Notes under the pieces: model-generated
Told to the model about the DNA's origin: nothing
The model's database searches: none
Seen by the model: the letters and a program-made list of their open reading frames with translations, nothing else
Origin: Candidatus Eiseniibacteriota bacterium
GTDB lineage: Bacteria > Eisenbacteria > RBG-16-71-46
NCBI GenBank assembly: GCA_044223005.1
Contig: JBGAML010000005.1
Span: 224,523-288,522 of the forward strand
Direction: 5' to 3'
DNA: 64,000 bases
Made by a program: the position numbers and the translations under genes
Shown here: positions 46,444-61,503 of the stretch, one piece after another
Layout: every line of letters begins with the position of its first letter
How positions within the stretch are numbered: position 1 is the first letter of the stretch

Positions 46444-48931
46444 CCGCCGGCTCGAGCGGGCGCCGAGCCTTGCACTTCACGCACTGCAGGCTCGAGCCCG
46501 ACTTGGCGATCTTCTCCACCATGAACGGCGCACCGCACTCCTCGCACGGCACCGGATGCGGCCGGTCCCAGAGCGCGTAGTCGCACTCGGGGTAGCGCGT
46601 GCACGAGAAGAAGGTCTTGCCCTTGCGGCTGCGCTTCTCGGCGATCTCGCCCTTGCCGCACTGCGGGCAGGTCACGCCGAGCGTGAACGGCTTGGTGAAC
46701 TTGCACTCCGGCCGCCGCGAGCAGTGGATGTAGCGCCCGTACGGGCCGTTGCGCGCGACCAGGCCCGAGCCGCACTCGGGGCACGTGCCCTCGACCGGGA
46801 CCGGCAGTTCCGACGCGTCCAGCGGCTGCGTGTGCTTGCACTCGGGATAGCCCGGGCAGGCGAGGAACGCGCCGTTGCGCCCGAACTTCTTCACCAGCTT
46901 GTGCTGGCCGCACGACGGACAGGTGATCTCGGTCGGCTGCTGCAGGCTCGCCTTGATCTCCTTGGTCTTCGTCTTGGCCTTCTCGAGGTCCAGCGAGAGC
47001 GGGCCCCACAGGTCGCGCACGACCGCGTGCCATTCGCGCTTGCCCTCCTCGACTTCGTCGAGTTCCTCCTCCATGCCGGCGGTGAACTCGACGTTGAAGA
47101 CGTCCGGGAACGTGTCGACGAGCAGCTTGGTCACGAGCATGCCGAGGTCGGTGGGCTTGAGCGAACGCCCGTCGCGCTCCACGTAGTCGCGCTTGGTGAT
47201 CGTCGAGACGATCGTCGCGTAGGTGCTCGGCCGGCCGATGTTCTCCTCTTCGAGCGCCTTCACGAGCGAGGCGTCGGTGTAGCGCGCCGGCGGCTGCGTG
47301 AAGTGCTGCTCGGGACGGAGCGTGCCGTCGTGGTCGCCCACGGGCTCGGACGCGGGCTTCAGCGCCTCGCCCTGCGTGAGCGCCGGCAGGCGGCCCTCCT
47401 CGTCCTCGTCGTCGTCGTCGCGTCCGTAGACCTTGAGCCAGCCCGGGAAGCGCAGCACGCTGCCCGAGGCCCGCAGGCCCAGCCGGCCCGACGTGATGTC
47501 GACCGAGGTCATGTCGTACTCGGCCGGCGTCGCCTGCGACGCCACCGCACGCTTCCAGATGAGGTCGTAGAGCTTGTACTGCTCGTCGGTGAGGAACGGC
47601 CGCAGCGACTCGGGCGTGCGCTCGATCGCGGTCGGGCGGATCGCCTCGTGCGCCTCCTGCGCGCCCTTCTTGCTGCGGTAGAGGTTCGGCTTCTCCGGCA
47701 CGTAGTCGGCGCCGTACTGCTTGCCGAGCCACTCGCGGATCTCGGCCAGCGCCTCGTTGGAGAGCCGCGGCGCGTCGGTACGCATGTACGTGATCAGGCC
47801 GACACTGCCCTGCCCCTTCACCTCGATGCCCTCGTAGAGCTTCTGCGCCACCTGCATGGTGCGCTGGCTCGTGAACCCGTAGCGGTTCGACGCGGCCTGC
47901 TGCAGCGTGCTGGTGATGAACGGCGGCGTGGCGCTCTTGCGGCGCGGCTTGGTCTCGATCGCCACGACGCGCGCGTCGGCGCCGCGCAGCTCCTCGGCCA
48001 GCGCGCGGGCGCGTTCGCCGGCGTCGGCGCCGCGGAGCTGTTCCTTCTCGAGCTTGTCCTCGCCCACCCGCACGAGCCGCGCCGTGAAGCGCTCGCCCGC
48101 GCCGTTCTGGTAGTCGACCTCGACCGTCCAGTACTCCTCAGGCACGAACGCGCGGATCAGGTCCTCGCGCTCGCAGATCAGGCGCAGCGCGACGCTCTGC
48201 ACGCGGCCGGCCGACAGCCCGTACTTGACCGTGCTCCACACGAACGGGCTCACCTTGTAGCCCACGAGCCGGTCCAGCACGCGCCGGCCCTGCTGCGCGT
48301 TGTAGAGATTCAGGTCGAGCTCGCGCGCGTGCTGCAGCGCCTCGGTGACGGCGCGCTGCGTGATCTCGTTGAACGTCAGCCGCATGATCGGCCGCTGGGT
48401 GCCCTTGAGCACCGTCGCGAGATGGCAGGCGATCGCCTCGCCCTCGCGGTCGGGATCGGGCGCCAGGTAGATCATCGCGGCGTGGCGCGCGGCCGCGCGA
48501 ATCTTCGCCACGACCGCCTTCTTGGTCGGGATCAGCTCGTACTCGGGCTCGAAGTCGTTCTCGAGATCCACGCCGAGCTGGCTCTTGGGCAGGTCCATCA
48601 CGTGCCCGTTGGACGCGAGCACCATGAAGTCGCGGCCCAGGAACTTGTTCAGCGTCTTGCTCTTGGTCGGCGACTCGACGATCACGAGATTCTTGCCCGC
48701 AGCCTTGGAGCCGGCGGCTTCGAGGGCGCCCTCGTCGAGCTCCTCGCCGGCCGCGGCAGGCGCGGCGGCGCGGCCACGGCCCTTGCGGGCCACGGCGGGT
48801 GCGGTGTCGGTCGCCTTCACGGCCGTGCGGCGCGCGGGCGCGGCCTTCCGGGCCGTCTTCTTCGCCGCCGACTTCTTCGCGCTCCGCGCCGGGGCGGCGC
48901 CCCGGTCAGTGCGCGACTTCGACGTCGCCAT
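46436..48931 (-). CDS. topA: DNA topoisomerase I with C-terminal zinc ribbons
   Basis: TOPRIM (LVIVESPTKSKT), catalytic Tyr region, three C-terminal Cx2C...Cx2C zinc ribbons, N-terminal Lys/Ala-rich tail. Confidence 0.93.
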   Translation of the reverse strand: MATSKSRTDRGAAPARSAKKSAAKKTARKAAPARRTAVKATDTAPAVARKGRGRAAAPAAAGEELDEGALEAAGSKAAGKNLVIVESPTKSKTLNKFLGRDFMVLASNGHVMDLPKSQLGVDLENDFEPEYELIPTKKAVVAKIRAAARHAAMIYLAPDPDREGEAIACHLATVLKGTQRPIMRLTFNEITQRAVTEALQHARELDLNLYNAQQGRRVLDRLVGYKVSPFVWSTVKYGLSAGRVQSVALRLICEREDLIRAFVPEEYWTVEVDYQNGAGERFTARLVRVGEDKLEKEQLRGADAGERARALAEELRGADARVVAIETKPRRKSATPPFITSTLQQAASNRYGFTSQRTMQVAQKLYEGIEVKGQGSVGLITYMRTDAPRLSNEALAEIREWLGKQYGADYVPEKPNLYRSKKGAQEAHEAIRPTAIERTPESLRPFLTDEQYKLYDLIWKRAVASQATPAEYDMTSVDITSGRLGLRASGSVLRFPGWLKVYGRDDDDEDEEGRLPALTQGEALKPASEPVGDHDGTLRPEQHFTQPPARYTDASLVKALEEENIGRPSTYATIVSTITKRDYVERDGRSLKPTDLGMLVTKLLVDTFPDVFNVEFTAGMEEELDEVEEGKREWHAVVRDLWGPLSLDLEKAKTKTKEIKASLQQPTEITCPSCGQHKLVKKFGRNGAFLACPGYPECKHTQPLDASELPVPVEGTCPECGSGLVARNGPYGRYIHCSRRPECKFTKPFTLGVTCPQCGKGEIAEKRSRKGKTFFSCTRYPECDYALWDRPHPVPCEECGAPFMVEKIAKSGSSLQCVKCKARRPLEPAGA

Positions 48932-49384
48932 GAGATCCGTCCCCGGAATGATCGTCACCGTCGTGCTCGAGCACGACGCGGGCCGCCACGTCACGAGCCA
49001 GTTCCACGTCCACGGGCCGCACGCTGCTGCCGACGAGCAGGTCGAGCACGCGCTCGAACTGGCCGGCGTCGAGCGCCCCGTGGCGCTGCAGGTCCAGCAG
49101 GTAGCCCCACGCCTCGGGGCTCAACGATTCGCGCTCCTCGGCGCTCGGGATGCGCGCGGCCTGGCGGCCGGGCGTCCCGGCCACCCACGCCGGCGGCACG
49201 CTCGCCCCCGCCATCGCGCGGATCGCGAGGATCGCCGAGTGCAGTTCCTCGCCGGACCAGCGCCCTTCCTCGATCGCCTCGCCGAGCGTCTCGAGCGCCA
49301 GTTCGTCGCCCTCGAGGTAGTCCTCGAGCTTGTCCGCGACGAGCTTGAGCAGTCGCTGCACGCTGTCCTGTTCGGGCCGCTCGC

Positions 49385-49388
<4 letters not shown>
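48906..49388 (-). CDS. smg: Smg (DUF494) family protein
   Basis: About 160 aa acidic protein, ATGA-coupled to secA stop, overlapped by topA start; Smg/DUF494-like sequence. Confidence 0.6.
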
Positions 49389-52375
<2,987 letters not shown>

Positions 52376-52610
52376 GGGCGGGAGCATAGTGGGTGAGTTC
52401 CGCGAGGGCAAAACCGCGGCATTCGCGGGGCCTTCGCGGGGGGAGGCTGCGGACTCGGATGCAGCGGCCCCGCCGGAGGATGCAGCGGCCGGGGGCCAAG
52501 GCGCGCGTGCGTCACGGGCACGTCACGCGCCCACGCGCGGGGCGCGGCGCCGGAATGCGCGCGGCCCGGCGCGAGGCGCCGGGCCGTGGAGGGTCGACGG
52601 GCGATTCGAA

Positions 52611-52817
52611 TCAGACTTTCGAGACGTGCGTCGCTTCGGCGCCGCGGGAACTTCGGGTGACCTCGAACTGGACTTGCTCGCCTTCGTGGAGGGTTCGGAA
52701 ACCCTGCACCTCGATGGCCGAGTGATGCACGAACACTTCTGAGACGTCGCTGTCCTCGGCGGTGATGAAACCGTAGCCCTTCTGGTCGCTGAACCACTTG
52801 ACGGTGCCACGCGCCAT
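52611..52817 (-). CDS. cspA: Cold-shock protein (CspA family)
   Basis: MARGTVKWFSDQKGYGFI...VFVHHSAI RNP1/RNP2 motifs, 68 aa. Confidence 0.9.
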   Translation of the reverse strand: MARGTVKWFSDQKGYGFITAEDSDVSEVFVHHSAIEVQGFRTLHEGEQVQFEVTRSSRGAEATHVSKV

Positions 52818-53005
52818 GTGTGGTCCCCTCCGTGTGATGTGAATCGTTCCGGCAGGCCCGGACCCTGATCGAAGGGTGCTCCCGCGGCCACGGGCGGTCA
52901 AGACCCGATTCACCCGCGGCAGCCGCGCTCGTGCGACCTGACGACTCGCGGACAGCCCTTCCCCCGCAAGTGACGGGAAATGCGTCGCGGGAATCCCGGC
53001 GGCCG

Positions 53006-53926
53006 TCAGGCGACCGGCGTGGTCCGGCCGCCGCGGCGGCGAGCCGAGAGCCGCTCGTGCAGCGCGCGCGCCTGGGCGTGCAGCGCGTCCACGTCGAGCA
53101 CCAGTTCGAGCTGCGCGAGGGCCTGCGTCGTGTCGCCCAGCGCTTCGAATGCGCGCGCGAGCTCGACGCGCGCGCCGTGGAACGACGGGTTGAGCTCGAG
53201 CGCCTGCGCGAGCGATTCGATCGCGTCGTCCACCGCGCCCATCTGCAGCTCGTGTGTGCCGAGCAGCAGCTGCAGGTCGGCGTAGCCGGGCCGCTCGAGC
53301 GCCGCGGCGCGCAGCACCGCGAGCGCGCGCGCGCCGTCGCCGGCCGCGACGTGTTCCTGGTAGAGCCGCAGCTCCGCCTCGAGCCACGCGTCGCTCTGCG
53401 CCAGCGCACGCCGCAGCAGCGGCGCGGCCTCCTCGAAATCGGCGTGACCCAGCCGCTCCATGCCCTGCTGGAACGCGCCCGGCTCGGCCAGCGTGCCGTC
53501 GGCGGCGAGCACGCGCAGCGTCTCCATCGCTTCGGCGATGCGGCCGTCGCGCGCGTCGAGCAGCGCGCGCTCGACGGCGGCGTTGCGGTAGCGCGGATTG
53601 ACGGCGAGCGCGCGCTCGAACGCGGCGCGGGCCTCGGCCCGGCGCCCGCGACGCACGAGCACGCTGCCCAGCTGGCAGTGCAGGTCCGCCCAGTCGACGA
53701 GCCGCGCGGCGCGCTCGAGCGCGTGCTGCGCCGACTCGAGGTCGCTCGCCGCTTCGGCGGCACGCGCCACGGCGCCCAGCGTCGCGGCGGCCTCGGCGCG
53801 CTCGTCGGAACCGAGCGAATCGGCGAGCGCGGGCTCGAGCACGGCGAGCGCGCGGGCGAACTCGCGCTGGCGCGCGAGCTCGAGCGCCTGCTCGCGGGGA
53901 TCCGGACCGGGAACGGGAGCGTTCAT
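53006..53926 (-). CDS. Tetratricopeptide-repeat protein
   Basis: Multiple TPR-like Ala/Leu-rich helical repeats. Confidence 0.55.
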   Translation of the reverse strand: MNAPVPGPDPREQALELARQREFARALAVLEPALADSLGSDERAEAAATLGAVARAAEAASDLESAQHALERAARLVDWADLHCQLGSVLVRRGRRAEARAAFERALAVNPRYRNAAVERALLDARDGRIAEAMETLRVLAADGTLAEPGAFQQGMERLGHADFEEAAPLLRRALAQSDAWLEAELRLYQEHVAAGDGARALAVLRAAALERPGYADLQLLLGTHELQMGAVDDAIESLAQALELNPSFHGARVELARAFEALGDTTQALAQLELVLDVDALHAQARALHERLSARRRGGRTTPVA

Positions 53927-53978
53927 ACCCCGGGGTTATCGGCCGTTCGGGGGGCCGACTTGCGGCTCGCCCGTGGGC

Positions 53979-55889
<1,911 letters not shown>

Positions 55890-56031
55890 GCGGGCGGAGT
55901 CCGTTCCGGTGGACGAGGCAGGGAATCTCCCGTCCAGTCTCGGCCGCGCACGCGCGGGGTGAACCCACCCGCGGACGAATGCGCCCCCGCCACCGAAATG
56001 CCCGCCACCGCGGGGCTTCGGGCCCGGCGGA

Positions 56032-56706
56032 TCAGCCCAGCATGAACTTCATGAGGAAGCCGGCCGAGAGCGTGATGCCCAGGTTGTCGTCGAGCGGGAT
56101 CGGGAGCATCTCGACGATCGTCGCCACGAGGGCCCCCGCGACCAGGACGCCGAACGGCACGGGCGCCGCCCACGCGACGTAAGCGCTCCACGCGAGGCAG
56201 GCGGCGAGGCAGCCCAGCGCCCCTTCGAGCGACTTGTTGAAGAAGCGGTGGCGGCCCCACGCCCGTCCCACGAGCGCGCCGGTCGCGTCGCCCAGCACCG
56301 TGAAGCCGAGCGCGGCGGCGGCCACGGGCTGCGGGAAGATCTCGATCGCCAGCAGCGACGCGAGCAGCAGGTAGGTCGAGCCGAGCAGGCTGAACTCCTC
56401 GTGTTCGCGGATCAGCTCGCCGAGGAAGTGCTTGAAGAACTGCCGCACGCGATGTTCGTGCAGCCGCAGCAGGTCGATCGCGATCGCGCTGACCGTCAGC
56501 GCCACGAACAGCAGCGCGAACTGCGACCGACCCCGGGGCCACGGCAGCACCTCGTGCAGCAGGTCCAGCGGCAGCACGATGAACATCACGTGGATGGCCT
56601 TGCGGCGGGCCTCGGCGAGCCACTGCGGCGTGCGCAGCGGCTGCAGCGGATCGGTCGGGACCGGGGGCGTGCTCACGCGCGCAAGGTAGCACGAGCGGCG
56701 CCGCAT
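56032..56706 (-). CDS. CTP-dependent polyprenol/diacylglycerol kinase-like (CTP_transf_1 / dolichol kinase-like) membrane protein
   Basis: Polytopic membrane protein about 225 aa with family-like motifs; start ambiguous (ATG 56706 or GTG 56676). Confidence 0.45.
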   Translation of the reverse strand: MRRRSCYLARVSTPPVPTDPLQPLRTPQWLAEARRKAIHVMFIVLPLDLLHEVLPWPRGRSQFALLFVALTVSAIAIDLLRLHEHRVRQFFKHFLGELIREHEEFSLLGSTYLLLASLLAIEIFPQPVAAAALGFTVLGDATGALVGRAWGRHRFFNKSLEGALGCLAACLAWSAYVAWAAPVPFGVLVAGALVATIVEMLPIPLDDNLGITLSAGFLMKFMLG

Positions 56707-56749
56707 TCGGGCGTGGACGCCGCGCGTGGCCCGATGGCAGAGTCGGCGC

Positions 56750-58804
56750 ATGCTGGCCGCCAGGAATCTCCGCGCCGGGCTCCTGCTCGCGCTCGCCCTC
56801 ACCGTGCCCGGGTGCGGCGCGCGTGGCCCCGTCCCGCCGGCGGCGTGGGATCCCGACTCCATCCCGAACGCGTACGCGCGACCGCAGGCCGCACTCGCGC
56901 TGCCGGGCGCGACGCGCGCGTTCCAGGTCCGCGAGGACGGCAGCCTCTACGACGGCGCATGGTCCGTGGCGCTCCACCTGGCCGCGGACGGCGACACCGC
57001 CGGCGCGACGGGCGCGATCGCGTGCGAACGGCGCTGGTGCCCCGTCGTGCGCTGGCACCGCGACGCCGGCGCCGTGCGGTGGGCGTTCGAGGCCGTCGCG
57101 TTCGCCGCGCCGGCCCCGGCCGACACGCAGCTGTTCGCGTCGCTCGAAGTCGTCGCCGTGAATCGCGGCTCGGCCGCCGCACGCTGCACGCTCTCGGCCG
57201 CGCTCGCGCCGCCGCGGCACGCCGATGGCTGGCTCGCCGTGGACGGCCCACCCTCCGGCGCGCCGCTGCCCGCGTGGGACGCCGCCGTCCGGCTCGACGG
57301 CGCGGACGCCGCGAGCGGTCCGCGCGTGGCCTTCACCCTCGCTCCCGGCGCGCGCCGGACGCTGCGCCTGGTGCTCGCCACCTACCCCGACGCCGCGCTC
57401 GCGGCGCGGGCGCGCGTGCCGCACGCCGAGCGCGTGGGCGCGACGCGGCGTGGGTGGACCGACGCGACCTCGCGCGGCCTCGTGCTCGAGCTCGGGGACG
57501 CCGAGGTCGAAGACGCCGTCCGCGCGGCGCGCGTGGTGCTGCTCACGTGCCGCGAACGCCACGGCGGCGACTGGCTCCCGACGGGCGGTCCGTTCCAGTA
57601 CCACGACGTCTGGCTGCGTGACGGCGCGCGCGCGGTCGCGGCGCTCGCGGTCGCGGGACACACGCGCGAGGCGCGCGAGCTGGCGTCGGGCTTCGCGCGC
57701 TTCCAGTGGCCGCACGGCGTCTTTCTCAGCCAGCGTGGGCAGCTCGACGGCAACGGCCAGGCGCTCTGGGCCTTCGCGCAGGCCGCACTGCGGCCGGCGC
57801 CGGACAGCACCGTGGCGCGCTTCGCGGAGATGGCCTACCAGTCCGCGGGCGCGGTGTACCACCAGTACGAGCTCGGCACCACGGCGCCGTGGCCGCTCGC
57901 GCGGCTGCTGCCGTTCGCCGAACCGCGCGACGACGAACTCGTGCGCGCGCAGCTCGTGGGCAACGACGCGTGGTCCCTCGCCGGGCTCGAATCCGCGAGC
58001 CGGCTCCTGCGCGCCGCGCACCGCGACGAGGACGCCGGTCACGTCGATTCGCTGCGGATGCACTGCCGGGAGGAAGTGACGCTGGCGCTCGCGCCGTTCG
58101 GGAGCGGCCCCCTCCCGCCCTCGTGGCAGGGCGCGGGACGGGACTGGGGCAACCTCGCGGCGGGGTGGCCCTGCCGCATGCTGGACGCGGGCGACGCTCG
58201 CCTGCTCGCGACCGCGACGCGCGCGTGGGGGCGCAGCGATGCACCCGGGCTCGTGAGCTACGGCGCCGCGGATTCCGTGCACGGCTACCTCGGTGCCGAT
58301 CTCGGCACGTGGGCGCTGCTCGCCGACCGGCCCGCGGACGCGCACCGCGTGCTCGAGGCGCTGCTGCACTGGCGCGACGGCTGCGGCGGTGGCGCGGAGT
58401 TCTTCTCCGCGTCGACGCGCGAGTTCGGCAGCAACTTCCCGCCGCACCCGACCTGCGCCGCGGCGCTCGTGGCGATCGTGCGCAACGCGCTCGTCTACGA
58501 CGACGGCGACACGCTCCAGCTCACGCTGGGGCCGCGGCCTGCGTGGTGGTCGGGGGCGCACGTGCGCGGCGCGCCGACCCGGTGGGGCACGCTCGACCTG
58601 CGCTTCTCGCGCGCCGGCGATCGCGCGCAGTGGCAGTGGACCGCGGTGCCGGTGTGGTGCGCGCTGCGCCTGCCGGCGGGCACCGTGCTCGCCGCGCGCG
58701 CCACGGCGCCGTGCATCGGCGCGCCGGGCGACCGTGTCGTCCTCGCCCCTCCCGGCACGACGGCGGCGACGGCGGCACTGGCGCCGGCCGGAGGCGCGCG
58801 ATGA
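56750..58804 (+). CDS. Lipoprotein, putative (alpha/alpha)6 glycoside hydrolase (GH15/glucoamylase-related)
   Basis: Lipobox TVPGCGA; YHDVWLRDGARAV resembles the W-x-RD motif of GH15-type six-hairpin glycosidases. Confidence 0.4.
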   Translation: MLAARNLRAGLLLALALTVPGCGARGPVPPAAWDPDSIPNAYARPQAALALPGATRAFQVREDGSLYDGAWSVALHLAADGDTAGATGAIACERRWCPVVRWHRDAGAVRWAFEAVAFAAPAPADTQLFASLEVVAVNRGSAAARCTLSAALAPPRHADGWLAVDGPPSGAPLPAWDAAVRLDGADAASGPRVAFTLAPGARRTLRLVLATYPDAALAARARVPHAERVGATRRGWTDATSRGLVLELGDAEVEDAVRAARVVLLTCRERHGGDWLPTGGPFQYHDVWLRDGARAVAALAVAGHTREARELASGFARFQWPHGVFLSQRGQLDGNGQALWAFAQAALRPAPDSTVARFAEMAYQSAGAVYHQYELGTTAPWPLARLLPFAEPRDDELVRAQLVGNDAWSLAGLESASRLLRAAHRDEDAGHVDSLRMHCREEVTLALAPFGSGPLPPSWQGAGRDWGNLAAGWPCRMLDAGDARLLATATRAWGRSDAPGLVSYGAADSVHGYLGADLGTWALLADRPADAHRVLEALLHWRDGCGGGAEFFSASTREFGSNFPPHPTCAAALVAIVRNALVYDDGDTLQLTLGPRPAWWSGAHVRGAPTRWGTLDLRFSRAGDRAQWQWTAVPVWCALRLPAGTVLAARATAPCIGAPGDRVVLAPPGTTAATAALAPAGGAR

Positions 58805-59490
58805 CGCCGGCGCGCACGCCGTCCCGCGCACCGGGCGCGGCGAAGCCCGCTCCCGGGCCACGCCGCATGGCGGGCGTCCTCGCCGTCGCGGGCGTGATCG
58901 TGGTCGCGGTCGCGATCGGCACGCTCGTGCGCGGGCGCGGCAGCGCGCCCGCGCCCGCTCCGGCGCCCGCGGCCCCGGTGGCCGATTCGCTCGCCACGAT
59001 GCCGGCGGACTCGGCGTACGCGACGGCGTTGCGGCTCGTCACCGAGCACCGGAGCACCGAAGCGCTCGCCTACTTCCGCCGCGCCCGGCGCGGCCTGCAG
59101 GACGACTTCGCCGCCTTCCACTACAACTACGGCGCCGCGCTGTACAACGGCCTGTTCGTCGCCGACACGGTCGCCGGGCTCACGCGGCCCGCGCAGGGGT
59201 CGAGCGACGCCCGCGTGGGCGTGATGCGCGAATCGCTGCAGGAAGTCCTGCGCGCGATCGACCTCGCGCAGACGCCGCGCGAGCGGGCGTTCTACGCGAA
59301 CCGGCTCGGGCACATGCTGCAGACGTGGGGCTTCGCCTGGGAAGCGTTCACGTGGTACGGGAGCGCCACCAACGCCGACCCCGGCAACCTCACCTACCGG
59401 CAGCGAGCCGCCGGCTTCCAGGCCATCATGGCCGATCCGCTCGTGCGGCCGGGCGAGCAGTCTCCAGATCCGGCGTCACTCGACCGCTGA
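58801..59490 (+). CDS. Hypothetical membrane-anchored protein
   Basis: ATGA-coupled to upstream gene; one TM helix; no recognised domain. Confidence 0.4.
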   Translation: MTPARTPSRAPGAAKPAPGPRRMAGVLAVAGVIVVAVAIGTLVRGRGSAPAPAPAPAAPVADSLATMPADSAYATALRLVTEHRSTEALAYFRRARRGLQDDFAAFHYNYGAALYNGLFVADTVAGLTRPAQGSSDARVGVMRESLQEVLRAIDLAQTPRERAFYANRLGHMLQTWGFAWEAFTWYGSATNADPGNLTYRQRAAGFQAIMADPLVRPGEQSPDPASLDR

Positions 59491-61503
59491 TCCGCCCGCG
59501 GCGTGCGGCCGCAGTTCGCGGTAGGCCTGGCGAAACCCGAGGATGCGCCGCGCGTAGTCCTGCGACGCCGCGTTGGACGCGAACTCCACGTACAGCGCAT
59601 CGCCCCCGCGGTCGACGAGCGTGCGCCAGTCCGCGCGGATGGTGCCGGGCCCGGCGTTGTACGCCGCGAGCGCGACCGGCACGCTGCCTGCGAAGCGCTG
59701 CAGCAGCCGCGCGAGGTAGCGGGCGCCGAACGCGATCGCCACGGGCGGGTCGAACAGTTCCGAATCCGCGGGCACCGGCCGGTGCAGCAGCTGCGCGGCG
59801 TCGATCGCGGCCTTGGGCAGCATCTGCGTGAGCCCGAGCGCATTGCTCTTCGAGCGCGCGCGCGGATCGAAGCGGCTCTCCTGCCGCATGAGCGCCCAGA
59901 GCAGCGCGCGTTCGACGCCCAGCGATTCGGCGGCGGCGACCTGCGGCTCGTACGCGGGCGGATACGCCCACGCGATCACCGGCCACGCCGCGCGCTCGTC
60001 GCGCGTCAGCAGCGACGCCCGGTCGGCGAGCCGCGTGCCCTCGGCGGGATCGCCGGCGTCGTACGCCGCGGCCGCGAGCGCGATGCCCGTCCATGCGTCG
60101 CGGCGCGCCGCGCCCAGGCGCTCGTCCCCGGCGCGCCAGCGCACGGCGAGAGCGCGCGCGTCGGCGGTGCGGTGCGACGCCAGCAGCCGCCGCACGTCGT
60201 CCGCGACGACGGACGACTCGGCGGGCGCGGGCCACGCGAGCGAATCGGGCCAGCCGCGCATGCCCAGCGTCTCGCGCGCGGCGGCCCGGTACACGCCGTA
60301 GCCCGGCAGGCGCGCGAGCCCGCGGAGCAGCGAATCGCCCGCCGTGCGGTCCGTCGCCCGCAGCGTCACGCCGAGCCAGAAACGCGCGTCCTCGGCGGGC
60401 TCGCCGCGCCACCACGCCGCGGCGGAATCGGGATGCCCGAGCACCACCTGCACGAGCCCGGCACGCACGCGCGCCGCGGCCGCGCGCGAATCCCCGAGCT
60501 GCGCCGCGCGGGCGAACGCCGCGAGCGCCTCGCGCCAGCGGCCCCGGTCCTCGGCTTCGCGCCCGGCCTCCCACGCCGCGGTCGCGCGCAGGTCGAGCCC
60601 GGCGGCGGCCATGCGCTGCACGCGCGCGTAGGCCGCGAACGCCGAATCGGTGCGCCCCGCATCTCGCAGGGCGCGCGCGCGCTCGAGCCCGGCGCGCGCG
60701 ACGGCGTCGGGGCCGTCGGCGAGCCGAGCGGCGCTGTCCGCCGCGGCGAGCGCCGCGAGCGGCTGGCGGGCGTCGCGGTGCAGCTCCGCGAGCCGCCGGA
60801 AGAGCGGGCCGCGCGCGCCGGCGTCGGTGCGCGCGAGCGCGCGGCGCTCGAGCCGGATCGCCCCGGCGCGATCGGCGCGGAACGCCGCGGCGTCGGCCGC
60901 CGCGCGCAGGTCGTCGGCGCCGAGCGAATCGCCGCGCGCGCCCGCCAGCGAATCGAGCCGCGCGAGCGCCCGTGCCGCCGGCGCCGCGATCGAACCGTAG
61001 ACCTGCAGCACCTGCCGCGAGAACGCCGCGGCGCGCGCCGTGTCGCCCGCCGCGAGCGCGAAGGCCGCGCGACGGTCGAGCCACTGCGCCCGCTCGGCGT
61101 CGGGCCAGCCGGTGCGGGCCGCCGGCTCCAGCACCGAGTCCGCGGCCGCCGGGCCGCGCGCCGCCGCGACGGCGTCGGCCACGGCGCGCAGCGCCTCCCA
61201 CTGCCACGGACTCGCGAGCGCGGCCAGCGCGCGCCGGCACGAGTCCGCGCCCGCGCTGTCGCCCGCGGCCGCGCGCCAGTCGGCGAGCACGCGCAGTGCC
61301 GTCGGCGCGGTGGCTGGCGACGCGAGCCGCTCGCGCCACTCGGCGAGCCGCGCGAGCGAGTCGGCACTCGTCCACGCCGGCCGCGCCGCGAACGTCCAGC
61401 GTACGCCGGCCGAGTCGGGCGCCAGCGTGGCGGCGCGCGCGGAGGCCGCGACGGCGAACGCCAGCACGAGTGCGGCGGCGTGCCGAAGCCGCCTCACTCC
61501 CAT
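59476..61503 (-). CDS. Soluble lytic murein transglycosylase (Slt family)
   Basis: Signal peptide, superhelical Ala-rich N-domain, C-terminal SLT catalytic domain (ESRFDPRARSKSNALGLTQM...AAYNAG). Confidence 0.8.
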   Translation of the reverse strand: MGVRRLRHAAALVLAFAVAASARAATLAPDSAGVRWTFAARPAWTSADSLARLAEWRERLASPATAPTALRVLADWRAAAGDSAGADSCRRALAALASPWQWEALRAVADAVAAARGPAAADSVLEPAARTGWPDAERAQWLDRRAAFALAAGDTARAAAFSRQVLQVYGSIAAPAARALARLDSLAGARGDSLGADDLRAAADAAAFRADRAGAIRLERRALARTDAGARGPLFRRLAELHRDARQPLAALAAADSAARLADGPDAVARAGLERARALRDAGRTDSAFAAYARVQRMAAAGLDLRATAAWEAGREAEDRGRWREALAAFARAAQLGDSRAAAARVRAGLVQVVLGHPDSAAAWWRGEPAEDARFWLGVTLRATDRTAGDSLLRGLARLPGYGVYRAAARETLGMRGWPDSLAWPAPAESSVVADDVRRLLASHRTADARALAVRWRAGDERLGAARRDAWTGIALAAAAYDAGDPAEGTRLADRASLLTRDERAAWPVIAWAYPPAYEPQVAAAESLGVERALLWALMRQESRFDPRARSKSNALGLTQMLPKAAIDAAQLLHRPVPADSELFDPPVAIAFGARYLARLLQRFAGSVPVALAAYNAGPGTIRADWRTLVDRGGDALYVEFASNAASQDYARRILGFRQAYRELRPHAAGGSAVE

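Noticed and set aside
52390-52610. Possible secM-like leader peptide/regulatory ORF upstream of secA
   Set aside because: No convincing small ORF with an arrest motif. The region is the downstream flank of cspA and probably contains only its terminator and the secA promoter.
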